Made by a program: the position numbers and the translations under genes. Below are positions 1 through 8,273 of a stretch of DNA of 32,000 nt, piece after piece. Source of the DNA: an uncultured Erysipelotrichaceae bacterium (GTDB lineage Bacteria; Bacillota_I; Bacilli_A; Erysipelotrichales; Erysipelotrichaceae). Position 1 is the stretch's first letter. Each line of letters starts with the position of its first letter. A model generated the notes under the pieces. It searched no databases. It had not been told where the DNA came from and saw only the letters and a list, made by a program, of their open reading frames with translations. The stretch covers positions 2,801 to 34,800 of the forward strand of contig CAYWGS010000003.1 in NCBI GenBank assembly GCA_964457525.1. Direction: 5' to 3'.

Positions 1-279
1 AACTTATTTAAGAATTTAGAGAAGCACATTACACATGAAGCCTCAATTACAAACATTATTACAGATATCTATAATTTCCCGAATCTATTAGGCGAATGTA
101 TGATAAGTGCTGTCGAAGTAGACGATACTCTTGCAAGTATACTAGATGTTGAAGAAGGATCTGTAGCGATTAAGTTTGATATTTTACATTTCAATCATAA
201 TCGTGTTCCTGTATTCTTTAAGGTTTCCTATTATCCAGGTGAACGTAACAGTATCGATGTTGAGATCAAAGGAGAATAA
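1..279 (+). CDS. GntR/HutC-family regulator, C-terminal (UTRA-like) fragment; 5' end lies outside the window
   Basis: Frame 1 is open from base 1 to TAA at 277-279; it is absent from the ORF track because it has no in-window start. The translation ...AVEVDDTLASILDVEEGSVAIKFDILHFNHNRVPVFFKVSYYPGERNSIDVEIKGE parallels the C-terminus of the 1023..1787 paralog (...AILADEVLSDLLEIQVDDPIFKF...LSFFPGDRHQIEITEKGD). Confidence 0.6.
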   Translation, partial: NLFKNLEKHITHEASITNIITDIYNFPNLLGECMISAVEVDDTLASILDVEEGSVAIKFDILHFNHNRVPVFFKVSYYPGERNSIDVEIKGE

Positions 280-280
280 A

Positions 281-1018
281 ATGGATTACATAACTATTGA
301 TAAAGAAAGTGCTTATCCATATCACCAACAGATTTATCAAAGCGTCAAAGAAGCCATACAAAGTAAACGTTTATTACCTGGAGATAAACTCGCTACAGAA
401 GAAGAGATTTGCCATCTGTTTGATGTATCAAGACCGGTTGTCCGTCAAGCTTATAACAAGTTAATCGAAGAGGAATTAATTGAGCGCCACAAAGGTAAAG
501 GCAGTTTTGTATGCCAACCTAAAAAGAAATACACCATTCTTCAATCTCTTTCTACCTTAACTGAACAAATAAGTATGAATGATATGCATCCTACAATCAA
601 AGAATACATAAGAGAAGTCATTGATTGTCCATCTGAACTGTTTTCCGCTTTTAATATAACAGAGTCCATAAAAGTTATTCACTTAAAAAGAATCTATCTT
701 GGGGATAATTTCCCACAATTCTATGTTGAAGCGTATATGCGATGTGATTATTATGATAATGCTTTTAATGATTTATCAAAAGACGAAACTGTACAAGAAT
801 ACACCAAAAAACTTAGTAATTATGATCGATTACATTCAAGACGTCTTCTAACCGCAATTAAAATTCCACCAGAAGTTTGTGAGATATATAAAATCCCAAA
901 AAACTCAGTTGGATTCAAAATCGAATCATTTACGTTACTTACAAATGGAGAGATTGCGGATTACTCTGTTACTTATCTTCAAGGCCTCGGAACACGTATG
1001 GCTGTAAACTATTTCTAA
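281..1018 (+). CDS. GntR-family transcriptional regulator, HutC subfamily (wHTH + UTRA-like effector domain)
   Basis: ORF track gives 176..1018, but its first 35 codons overlap the upstream paralog. ATG 281 follows AAAGGAG (268-274) and gives MDYITIDK..., matching the N-termini of the downstream paralogs. GntR wHTH signature: LATEEEICHLFDVSRPVVRQAYNKLIEEELIERHKGKGSFV. Confidence 0.85.
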   Translation: MDYITIDKESAYPYHQQIYQSVKEAIQSKRLLPGDKLATEEEICHLFDVSRPVVRQAYNKLIEEELIERHKGKGSFVCQPKKKYTILQSLSTLTEQISMNDMHPTIKEYIREVIDCPSELFSAFNITESIKVIHLKRIYLGDNFPQFYVEAYMRCDYYDNAFNDLSKDETVQEYTKKLSNYDRLHSRRLLTAIKIPPEVCEIYKIPKNSVGFKIESFTLLTNGEIADYSVTYLQGLGTRMAVNYF

Positions 1019-1022
1019 ACCT

Positions 1023-1787
1023 ATGAACTATATACACTTAAATAAATTTCTAAATATCCCTCTTTATCTTCAATTAAAAGATTGTATAAAAGAAGCAATT
1101 CTCACCGGAGAGTTAAACGATAAAGAAAAATTACCAACAGAAGAAGCCATCTGTGCTGTTTTCAACATATCTAGACCAGTTGTTAGACAAGCATTTAATG
1201 AACTGATCAAAGAAGGGTTAATTACTCGAATCCAAGGAAAAGGTAGTTTCGTTCACAAGAAACTCATGATTTCAAACTTAATGTATACCGTATATGGTTA
1301 TGCGAATGAAGTAAGAAAATATGGGTTAGATCCAGAATCTACAATTTTCAGTAAGGAAATTGATAAAAGAGAAAATCTACCCTATGAATTACAATGCCTT
1401 AATGATGATTTTTACTTAGTTAAACGAATTCGTAAAGGAAGTAATATCCCTCTATTCTTAGAGTATTATTATTTACCCGTTTCAAAGTTCCACAATTTTG
1501 AAAATCTATTTTTAGATAATACAGGATTCGCAAATCTATTAAAGTTGAGTTATGGTTATGATGGATTTGAAATTAATACACAAATGACCGCAATACTTGC
1601 GGATGAAGTTCTTTCGGATTTACTTGAAATTCAAGTAGATGATCCAATTTTTAAGTTTATCGTAAGAACTCAAAAGAAAGATGACAAAGAGCTCTATGTA
1701 TATAAACTTTCTTTTTTCCCAGGTGACCGTCATCAAATAGAAATAACAGAGAAAGGAGATAAGCTCTATGGAATTTATAAAGATTGA
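1023..1787 (+). CDS. GntR-family transcriptional regulator, HutC subfamily
   Basis: 254-aa ORF with LPTEEAICAVFNISRPVVRQAFNELIKEGLITRIQGKGSFV and a long C-terminal effector-type domain. It starts 4 nt after the previous stop with no SD, which suggests translational coupling. Confidence 0.85.
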   Translation: MNYIHLNKFLNIPLYLQLKDCIKEAILTGELNDKEKLPTEEAICAVFNISRPVVRQAFNELIKEGLITRIQGKGSFVHKKLMISNLMYTVYGYANEVRKYGLDPESTIFSKEIDKRENLPYELQCLNDDFYLVKRIRKGSNIPLFLEYYYLPVSKFHNFENLFLDNTGFANLLKLSYGYDGFEINTQMTAILADEVLSDLLEIQVDDPIFKFIVRTQKKDDKELYVYKLSFFPGDRHQIEITEKGDKLYGIYKD

Positions 1788-2454
1788 TAAGAGTAACTCC
1801 ATTCCGTTGTATCTTCAAATCGTTCAGTCAATTCGAAGCGCAATCAATGATGGTACATTACAAATGGACTCAAAACTTCCTACAGAAGAAGAATTGGGTC
1901 AAAAATTCGGTTTATCTCGACCTGTAGTAAGACAAGCATACAAGCAATTAATGGAAGAGCGATTAATCTATCGTCAAAAAGGAAAAGGAAGCTTTGTTTT
2001 ACCAAAAGAAGAACATGTAAATTTATTAAAACTATTGTTTCCTCTAACGGAGAAAATTAAAACAAACCAAATTTCTGAAAATATAGAAGAGTTAGAACAT
2101 CGTTTAGAAACTTATGATCCAAAAAGTATGCCCTCAATTCATCTTGAGAAAGGCGAAAATGTTTATATTACAAAAAAAATGTACTTTGGTGAAAGACGCA
2201 CTATGTTCTATATGGAGATTTATCAACCAGAGAAATATTATCCATATGAGAAAGAAAATATTACGATTCATCGTTTAGTACATGTGGTTAAGTTGAGCAA
2301 CGATATCTGCAAGTTATTTAATATTCCTAATCAGTCTGCTGGATTTAAGATTACAAGTACAAGCTATAACCAAGAAAATATAATCGTAGATTATAGTATT
2401 GCCTATGTACAAGGATATAATGTCTCCATCATTCTGGATTATTTTAAACAATAA
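1768..2454 (+). CDS. GntR-family transcriptional regulator, HutC subfamily
   Basis: 228-aa ORF with LPTEEELGQKFGLSRPVVRQAYKQLMEERLIYRQKGKGSFV. AAAGGAG at 1752-1758. It overlaps the previous gene by 20 nt. Confidence 0.85.
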   Translation: MEFIKIDKSNSIPLYLQIVQSIRSAINDGTLQMDSKLPTEEELGQKFGLSRPVVRQAYKQLMEERLIYRQKGKGSFVLPKEEHVNLLKLLFPLTEKIKTNQISENIEELEHRLETYDPKSMPSIHLEKGENVYITKKMYFGERRTMFYMEIYQPEKYYPYEKENITIHRLVHVVKLSNDICKLFNIPNQSAGFKITSTSYNQENIIVDYSIAYVQGYNVSIILDYFKQ

Positions 2455-2475
2455 CTACACACATCGTATGAAATC

Positions 2476-2484
2476 TGTTAATAT
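2476..2484 (+). promoter_or_regulatory. candidate extended -10 promoter (TGtTAATAT) for the small membrane-protein gene
   Basis: TGTTAATAT at 2476-2484, about 22 nt upstream of ATG 2506. No clear -35. Confidence 0.35.
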
Positions 2485-2505
2485 TTTATAAAAGGTTAAA
2501 ATAAA

Positions 2506-2805
2506 ATGCGTAAAATTCTCACAATTATCTTCGCTCTTGTTCTATTTGTGTTAGCCATTTTAATACAATTAGATCTCATTACCATTCTTACTGTAAGCGC
2601 CACGAGCTTAAATGCTACACCTACAAGTGTTTATGTACTTTGGACAATTCTACTACTGTTTGAAAATCTAACGTACTCATTCTTTATCAATAACGCAACG
2701 ATTATTTTATTGATAAGTAATATACTAATTCTTATTTCATTTGGAATTCTGTTCTTACTTTATCGCCATGAAAGTAATCTATCAAAAAGACGTTATACAT
2801 TTTAG
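2506..2805 (+). CDS. small hydrophobic membrane protein, unknown function
   Basis: 99-aa ORF with about three long hydrophobic stretches and a basic C-terminal tail (KRRYTF). No recognisable family motif and a weak SD. Confidence 0.45.
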   Translation: MRKILTIIFALVLFVLAILIQLDLITILTVSATSLNATPTSVYVLWTILLLFENLTYSFFINNATIILLISNILILISFGILFLLYRHESNLSKRRYTF

Positions 2806-2826
2806 ACCCTAGGGTCTTTTATTTTG
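2804..2826 (+). terminator. intrinsic terminator between convergent genes
   Basis: Perfect palindrome AGACCCTAGGGTCT (2804-2817) followed by TTTTATTTT. It straddles the stop codons of both convergent ORFs. Confidence 0.5.
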
Positions 2827-3375
2827 ACTATGATAAGGACACTCGACAATATGATCATCCACCATACCAATCGCTTGCATGAAAGAATAGATGATGACAG
2901 AACCCACAAACTTAAATCCACGTTTCTTTAAATCTAGACTAATTTCTTTTGACAAATCTGTTTCAGCTGGCATTTGATTCTCTTTTTCTAAATTATGATT
3001 AATGGGTTTATTATCCACATATTTCCAAAAGTAATTCGATAAACTTCCAAACTCTTGAATAATATTTTGAGCACACAAAGCATTCGTACGTACTGCTTTT
3101 ATTTTAAGTTTATTCTTTATCACATTATAGTTTAATCGAATATTCTCTAAATCCTCATCACTAAGTTTTGCACATTTATCAATATCAAAATTATGAAAAG
3201 CAACGCTGTAATGTTCACGTTTATCAATAACAGTACTCCAAGATAATCCAGCTTGTGCTCCTTCTAAATTTAACATCTCAAAAATAAATCGATCATCATG
3301 ACTTGGAATACACCATTCTTCATCATGATATTTTCTCATTTTTACATTATTCCCTGGCCATGTACACTCTCTCAT
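2809..3375 (-). CDS. tag: DNA-3-methyladenine glycosylase I
   Basis: 188 aa. CTWPGNNVKMRKYHDEEWCIPSHDDRFIFEMLNLEGAQAGLSWSTVIDKREHY matches the Tag signature (YHDxEWG.P..DD..LFE.L.LE..QAGLSW). GGAGG SD lies 4 nt upstream of the ATG. Confidence 0.9.
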   Translation of the reverse strand: MRECTWPGNNVKMRKYHDEEWCIPSHDDRFIFEMLNLEGAQAGLSWSTVIDKREHYSVAFHNFDIDKCAKLSDEDLENIRLNYNVIKNKLKIKAVRTNALCAQNIIQEFGSLSNYFWKYVDNKPINHNLEKENQMPAETDLSKEISLDLKKRGFKFVGSVIIYSFMQAIGMVDDHIVECPYHSQNKRP

Positions 3376-3382
3376 TGTTCCT

Positions 3383-3416
3383 CCAAAAAAAAGCCCATAT
3401 TAAATCATATGAGCTT
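3383..3416 (-). terminator. intrinsic terminator after the RNA methyltransferase gene
   Basis: The minus-strand RNA reads AAGCUCAUAU-GAUUUA-AUAUGGGCUU followed by U8 (plus-strand hairpin 3391-3416, A-run 3385-3392). This is a 10-bp stem with one G.U pair. Confidence 0.65.
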
Positions 3417-3422
3417 CATTTG

Positions 3423-4622
3423 CTATTTCCTTTTTAAAATAACAACACTTTCCACATGAATCGTTTGAGGGAATAAATCCACACCAAAACGTTTCACAAT
3501 TTGATACGATTTCGATAGCTGCAATAAATCCTTCGCCTGTGTTACTGGATTACATGAAATATAGATAATTGTTCCTGGTTTCTTTTGAGCAATAGTATCC
3601 ATAAATGCATAACCAGCTCCTTCACGAGGAGGATCCATCACTAAGATATCAAATGCTTGTGTTGTACTTTTAATCCATTCTGTCGCATCTTTCTGAACAA
3701 ACTGGATATTCTTTATACCATTGAGTTCCGCATTGCGTTTACCAATCTGAATGGAATCTGGATTGCTTTCGACACTGATCAATGTCTTTACTTTATCACT
3801 CACTAGCATTCCAATAACACCTACTCCAGCGTATGCATCGACACATACATCTGTAGGTTTTAGATCACTGTACTGAATAACTTCGTTAAATAATCGTTCT
3901 GCTTGATCGATATGTATTTGGAAAAATGTACGAGATTGAATGTTAAATACCTTATCATTCAGCTTCTCTTGAATATAACCCCTGCCAAATACAACTTCTT
4001 CTTTCTTACCTAACAAGAATGAACTCTTGATTGGATGATAGTTCTCAATAATCGTCGTAATCTCAGGATGAGCATGACGTATTGCCGCAATAAAGTTCTT
4101 ACGACCAGGATACGGTGTCTTACCTACCACTAAAGTTAATAACACTTGATTCGTATGTTTTGATACACGTACTAAAGCATGTCTTAAAATACCTGTTTGA
4201 CGATCTTCATCAAATGGTTCGATACGATTCTTTTTCATTAAATCTTTGAGACTTAAGAAAATCTTCTCTGCGACTGGGTGTTGGATAACACAGTGATTGA
4301 TATTGATGAGTTGATGTGACTTAGGTTTGTAGAAACCCGCAATGATTTGAGTATGATGTTGCTTAAAAGAGATACTATTTTTATGACGATACTCTGTCAC
4401 TTGATCTGCAGAGATAAACTCTACATCTTCTTTTAACTTAAACACTTCTTTTAATTGATTCTTTTTCCACTCAACCTGTTTCTCATAAGGCCAAGTGAGG
4501 AGTTGACATCCACCACACACCTCAAAATAAGGACAATACTGTTCTTTAGGTGCTTTCGATCCTTTAATATCTTCTAAGTCACTTGTGGATAAACGCAACT
4601 CAGTTACGATTTCTTCAAACAT
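3423..4622 (-). CDS. class I SAM-dependent RNA (uracil-5)-methyltransferase, RumA/RlmD/TrmA family, without an obvious N-terminal TRAM domain
   Basis: 399 aa. Fe-S cysteine cluster CPYFEVCGGCQL plus a downstream Cys; SAM motif DAYAGVGVIG; DPPREG; catalytic-Cys motif YISCNP. Confidence 0.85.
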   Translation of the reverse strand: MFEEIVTELRLSTSDLEDIKGSKAPKEQYCPYFEVCGGCQLLTWPYEKQVEWKKNQLKEVFKLKEDVEFISADQVTEYRHKNSISFKQHHTQIIAGFYKPKSHQLININHCVIQHPVAEKIFLSLKDLMKKNRIEPFDEDRQTGILRHALVRVSKHTNQVLLTLVVGKTPYPGRKNFIAAIRHAHPEITTIIENYHPIKSSFLLGKKEEVVFGRGYIQEKLNDKVFNIQSRTFFQIHIDQAERLFNEVIQYSDLKPTDVCVDAYAGVGVIGMLVSDKVKTLISVESNPDSIQIGKRNAELNGIKNIQFVQKDATEWIKSTTQAFDILVMDPPREGAGYAFMDTIAQKKPGTIIYISCNPVTQAKDLLQLSKSYQIVKRFGVDLFPQTIHVESVVILKRK

Positions 4623-4623
4623 T

Positions 4624-5373
4624 TTACTCCAACTCTATGGATACTGGACAATGGTCAGACCCAAATATATCATCATGAATACGCGCTTCTTTAAGCTTCT
4701 CTTTTAATCTCTCTGAAATCACAAAGTAATCAATTCTCCATCCTACCCCTTTTTCACGGGCATTCATTCGGTAGGACCACCAAGAATACTGAACTTTCTC
4801 TGGATAGAGTGTTCTAAATGTATCAATAAACCCTGCTTCAAGTAATTGCGTAAATTTCGCACGTTCTTCATCACTAAAACCAGGATTAAATCGATTGGTT
4901 TTAGGATTCTTTAAGTCTATTTCATTATGCGCTACATTCAAGTCTCCACATAAGATAACAGGCTTGAATTGGTCGAGTTCAACTAAGAAATCTCTAAATG
5001 CATCTTCCCATTCCATACGATAACTCAAACGTTTTAATTCTTCTTGAGCATTTGGAGTATAGACACATACTAAATAGAAATCATCATATTCCAACGTCAC
5101 AACACGACCTTCATGATTGTGATCTTCAATATGAATCCCATATCGAACCGAAATCGGTTGATGTTTCGCATAAATAGCGGTACCCGAGTACCCTTTCTTC
5201 TCTGCATAATTAAAATACTTTACATAACCCTGCGGACTAAAATCAAATTGTCCTTCTTGCATTTTTGTTTCTTGTAAACAAACAAAATCAGCTTCAAAGT
5301 TATGAAAGATTTCTTCAAAGCCCTTATTAAAAATGGCTCTTATTCCATTAACATTCCATGATACAAATTTCAT
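4624..5373 (-). CDS. xth: exodeoxyribonuclease III (AP endonuclease, Xth/ExoA family)
   Basis: 249 aa. MKFVSWNVNGIRA..., CLQETK, GDLNVAH and SDHCPV are hallmarks of the EEP-fold ExoIII family. GGGGAGG SD. Confidence 0.9.
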   Translation of the reverse strand: MKFVSWNVNGIRAIFNKGFEEIFHNFEADFVCLQETKMQEGQFDFSPQGYVKYFNYAEKKGYSGTAIYAKHQPISVRYGIHIEDHNHEGRVVTLEYDDFYLVCVYTPNAQEELKRLSYRMEWEDAFRDFLVELDQFKPVILCGDLNVAHNEIDLKNPKTNRFNPGFSDEERAKFTQLLEAGFIDTFRTLYPEKVQYSWWSYRMNAREKGVGWRIDYFVISERLKEKLKEARIHDDIFGSDHCPVSIELE

Positions 5374-5421
5374 ATGACACCTCCCCTATAGTATAAACAA
5401 TGTCCATCTAAATGTCATCTA

Positions 5422-5430
5422 TGATAAAAT
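5422..5430 (+). promoter_or_regulatory. extended -10 promoter (TGaTAAAAT) positioned for a leaderless rlmA transcript
   Basis: TGATAAAAT at 5422-5430. Exactly 6 nt (acgtct) separate the hexamer from ATG 5437, and no SD is present. Confidence 0.5.
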
Positions 5431-5436
5431 ACGTCT

Positions 5437-6228
5437 ATGCTTCAATGTCCAATTTGTAAAAAGAACTTAACTCAAGCCCATAAATCATATGAGTGTGAGA
5501 ATAAACATCATTTCGATCAATCCAAAAGTGGATACACCAATCTCTTTTTAAGTAACTCAAAACGAATTCATGGAGATAATGATGAAATGATTTATGCAAG
5601 ACATCGATTTCTTCAAGCAGGTTATTATTCATTCCTACTTGATAAGATAATTGAGATTATGCAAACACTATCAATCAAAACCTGTGTAGATTTAGGCTGT
5701 GGTGAAGGATATTATACAAATGCTTTATCTAAACAGTTTATAGATACACAATTTATTGGATTTGATTTATCCAAAACTGCCCTAAAAATCGCAAGTAAAC
5801 AATCCAATGGTCAATACTTTTGCGCAAGCATTGCGGATACACCCATCAAAGATCATTCTGTCGATTGTGTATTATGCATCTTTGCGCCGTTTAAGATCGA
5901 AGAAGTAAAACGAATCCTTAAACCGAATGGTTTTTTTATCGTAGTAAACCCACTTCCTTATCACCTATACGAATTAAAACAAGCACTCTATGAAACGGTT
6001 AAACTTAACCCAGAGTTCAACTTAGAATCGGATAATATGATTCATATCGAACAGTATGAAGTCGAACAAATCATCCACTTAGAGACATCTGAATCCTTAA
6101 GCGATTTACTTGATATGACCCCCTATCGATACAAAGCAAAAGAATCAAATATCCAATTATTCTATCAACTCGACTCACTCACTACCCGATGTTCATTTAG
6201 ATGTGATGTTTATAAATATACCCAATAA
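5437..6228 (+). CDS. rlmA: 23S rRNA (guanine-N1)-methyltransferase RlmA family
   Basis: 263 aa. N-terminal zinc-ribbon-like MLQCPICKKNL...YECENKHHFDQSKSGYTNLF as in RlmA/RrmA; SAM motif VDLGCGEGYY. Confidence 0.8.
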   Translation: MLQCPICKKNLTQAHKSYECENKHHFDQSKSGYTNLFLSNSKRIHGDNDEMIYARHRFLQAGYYSFLLDKIIEIMQTLSIKTCVDLGCGEGYYTNALSKQFIDTQFIGFDLSKTALKIASKQSNGQYFCASIADTPIKDHSVDCVLCIFAPFKIEEVKRILKPNGFFIVVNPLPYHLYELKQALYETVKLNPEFNLESDNMIHIEQYEVEQIIHLETSESLSDLLDMTPYRYKAKESNIQLFYQLDSLTTRCSFRCDVYKYTQ

Positions 6229-6230
6229 AC

Positions 6231-6259
6231 TTGTACTTTAATTAAAAGATAGTTATAAT
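6231..6259 (+). promoter_or_regulatory. sigma-A-type promoter (TTGTAC-N17-TATAAT)
   Basis: TTGTAC at 6231-6236 and TATAAT at 6254-6259, with 17-nt spacing, upstream of the 6303 start. Confidence 0.5.
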
Positions 6260-6302
6260 GAATTCGTTTTACACTTAGAATGTGCATAATGGAGGAATTA
6301 CT

Positions 6303-6953
6303 TTGGAAAGTATTTTTGGACTTTTAATATCCATTTTATATATTGTGATTATCATCGCAATATCAACACGTTTAACCCATTTACCTTTTGAATTCAGTCG
6401 AACTTTCACGCATATTTTAGTAATGAATTGGTGGCTTATTGCGACGTTCTTTATTAAGGACTATTGGTTAGCTATCACAGCTCCTATCTTGTTTGTTATT
6501 TTCAATACATTAAATGTCATTTACAATTTTATCCCCGCAATCAATACAAAAAGAAGAGATTCAAACAAAGGCCCTATCTACTACGCTTTAGCAGTATTCA
6601 TTCTGACTGCCGCTACCTTCCATACCCCTTCATTTCATATCGTTGGTGGTATTGGTTTACTCGTAATGGCCTATGGAGATGGATTTGCAGCACTCATTGG
6701 TCAGAAATACGGTACACACACATACACCATATTTAAAGGACATAAAACATTTGAAGGTAGCTTCACAATGTTAGTCGTATCAATGATTGTGATTACAACG
6801 TATCAATATCTACAATTAGGAACTGTTGATTTCATCCAAGTCTTCTTACTTAGTTTAGTTGCGACTCTCGTAGAAGCAATCTCCCCCTTTGGAATTGATA
6901 ATCTATTTATTCCAATCCTTGTTTCTTTACTCTATTTCATCATGATACTTTAA
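6303..6953 (+). CDS. integral membrane polyprenol/phytol/dolichol-kinase-like protein (CTP-dependent kinase / CDS family)
   Basis: ORF track gives 6282..6953. GGAGG at 6291-6295 lies 7 nt before an in-frame TTG at 6303, whereas ATG 6282 has no SD. Multi-TM protein with YGDGFAALIGQKYG, typical of this family. The start is uncertain (6282 or 6303). Confidence 0.6.
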   Translation: MESIFGLLISILYIVIIIAISTRLTHLPFEFSRTFTHILVMNWWLIATFFIKDYWLAITAPILFVIFNTLNVIYNFIPAINTKRRDSNKGPIYYALAVFILTAATFHTPSFHIVGGIGLLVMAYGDGFAALIGQKYGTHTYTIFKGHKTFEGSFTMLVVSMIVITTYQYLQLGTVDFIQVFLLSLVATLVEAISPFGIDNLFIPILVSLLYFIMIL

Positions 6954-6979
6954 AAGGCCTCTCGGCCTTTTATTTTTTT
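6952..6979. terminator. bidirectional intrinsic terminator between convergent genes
   Basis: AAAGGCC-TCTC-GGCCTTT (6953-6970), flanked by an A-run upstream and TATTTTTTT downstream. Confidence 0.7.
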
Positions 6980-7230
6980 AGTACTTCTTCTAATACCATT
7001 CTTACGTCATCTTTAGTCATAATTCCTTCAAAGAGTTTACGATCTTCTAAGAAGAAACTTGGTACTAAGTAATAATCATAAGAGTTTGCGAATTCAACTT
7101 CAACTTGTTCATCCACATGTCTTATTTGAATGTCTTTATAACGATCTTCTTGCATGAGTTCATCTAAGTACTTATTCGCACGAATGCAATATGGACAATT
7201 CTTTAATTTAAAATATGTTAGTTCTTTCAT
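6970..7230 (-). CDS. glutaredoxin-like small thiol-disulfide protein (CPYC)
   Basis: 86 aa with a CPYC active-site motif near the N-terminus (KLKNCPYCIRA) and thioredoxin-fold size. Confidence 0.7.
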   Translation of the reverse strand: MKELTYFKLKNCPYCIRANKYLDELMQEDRYKDIQIRHVDEQVEVEFANSYDYYLVPSFFLEDRKLFEGIMTKDDVRMVLEEVLKK

Positions 7231-7278
7231 GACAGAATTTTAACATAGCGAATTCAAAGAATAAACCTGAATGCTTTT

Positions 7279-7287
7279 TGATATAAT
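7279..7287 (+). promoter_or_regulatory. extended -10 promoter (TGaTATAAT) for lplA-lpd
   Basis: TGATATAAT at 7279-7287, about 18 nt upstream of ATG 7305. Confidence 0.5.
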
Positions 7288-7304
7288 CTAAATAGGTGAA
7301 AAAA

Positions 7305-8270
7305 ATGAAACTAGAACTCTATCTTTCGCATCATCATAATCCTCATTACAACCTATCGCTTGAACAACACCTTCTTGAAACTTGCCCTGTAGATACTGTT
7401 CGCTTCTATTTATGGCAAAACGAACATACTGTAGTGATTGGGAAGAACCAACACGCTTTATCTGAAGTGCATTATGAAAAGTTGATTCAAGACAAAGGTA
7501 CCTTAGCGCGAAGAACATCCGGTGGTGGTGCCGTTTATCATGATTTAGGTAATCTAAACTTTAGCTTTATCGCATATGGTTCTCTCTTTAATATTTCCAA
7601 ACAAATGGAAATGATTGCGGAAACATTGAGACAACTTGGATATAATGCCCAAGTAAATGGACGCAATGATATCGAAGTTGATGGAGCTAAAGTCTCTGGT
7701 AATGCCTTTGCCCATTTAAAGAACCAACACTTGCATCATGGTACACTCCTCGTCAATGTGGATAAGCCAAGTCTTGGTAAGTACTTAAATGTTAACCCTA
7801 AGAAACTACAACGTAAGAATGTTGGATCGGTTGTCGCAAGAATCGCCAATCTAAATGAGATAAAACCCATCACTATTCAAGAATTAATGGATACGCTCTT
7901 CAATACAGTTCAATCTTTCTATCAAACCCATTCGCATATTTATCCACTTCCTTCTGATTTTAATGAATCAAACGTAAATGAATTTAGTTCTGAAGAATGG
8001 CTATTGGGTAAACAATCCAATGAAAAAGTTATGTTTGAAGAATGTTTTGATTACGGATGTATCAAATGGATGATGGAAGTTGAGAATGGCAAAATAACAA
8101 GTAATCATATCTATACAGACAGTATGGATACCGATTGGTGTAGATCAATTGAAAAGGCAGTCATAGGATATCATGCGACTGAATCTGATTTACTCAAAGT
8201 TTTGAATACACTTGATCAAGATGAAAAGATTGATGCGATTATTCAAGCATTATCAAATAAGGAAAAATAA
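7305..8270 (+). CDS. lplA: lipoate-protein ligase A
   Basis: ORF track starts at GTG 7296, but that GTG lies inside the SD AGGTGA (7294-7299), so ATG 7305 is the likelier start. Motifs FYLWQNEHTVVIGKNQ and RRTSGGGAVYHDLGNLNFSF are LplA hallmarks. Confidence 0.9.
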   Translation: MKLELYLSHHHNPHYNLSLEQHLLETCPVDTVRFYLWQNEHTVVIGKNQHALSEVHYEKLIQDKGTLARRTSGGGAVYHDLGNLNFSFIAYGSLFNISKQMEMIAETLRQLGYNAQVNGRNDIEVDGAKVSGNAFAHLKNQHLHHGTLLVNVDKPSLGKYLNVNPKKLQRKNVGSVVARIANLNEIKPITIQELMDTLFNTVQSFYQTHSHIYPLPSDFNESNVNEFSSEEWLLGKQSNEKVMFEECFDYGCIKWMMEVENGKITSNHIYTDSMDTDWCRSIEKAVIGYHATESDLLKVLNTLDQDEKIDAIIQALSNKEK

Positions 8271-8273
8271 ACC

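Noticed and set aside
176-280. N-terminal 35-codon extension of the ORF-track entry 176..1018
   Set aside because: It overlaps the C-terminus of the upstream GntR paralog in another frame and encodes low-complexity hydrophobic sequence. The ATG at 281 has a good SD and aligns with the paralog N-termini.
1620-1802. 60-aa minus-strand ORF
   Set aside because: It is antisense within two well-supported GntR genes, has no SD, and its composition reflects the AT-rich antisense strand. Judged spurious.
5435-5632. 65-aa minus-strand ORF antisense to rlmA
   Set aside because: It is entirely embedded in the conserved rlmA coding region and has no motif or SD. Judged spurious.
6464-6736. 90-aa same-strand alternative-frame ORF inside the membrane kinase-like gene
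   Set aside because: It is an out-of-frame shadow ORF rich in Y/R/H, with no start signals. Judged spurious.
7288-7518. 76-aa minus-strand ORF overlapping the lplA 5' end
   Set aside because: It is antisense to a strongly conserved gene and covers the lplA promoter/SD. Judged spurious.
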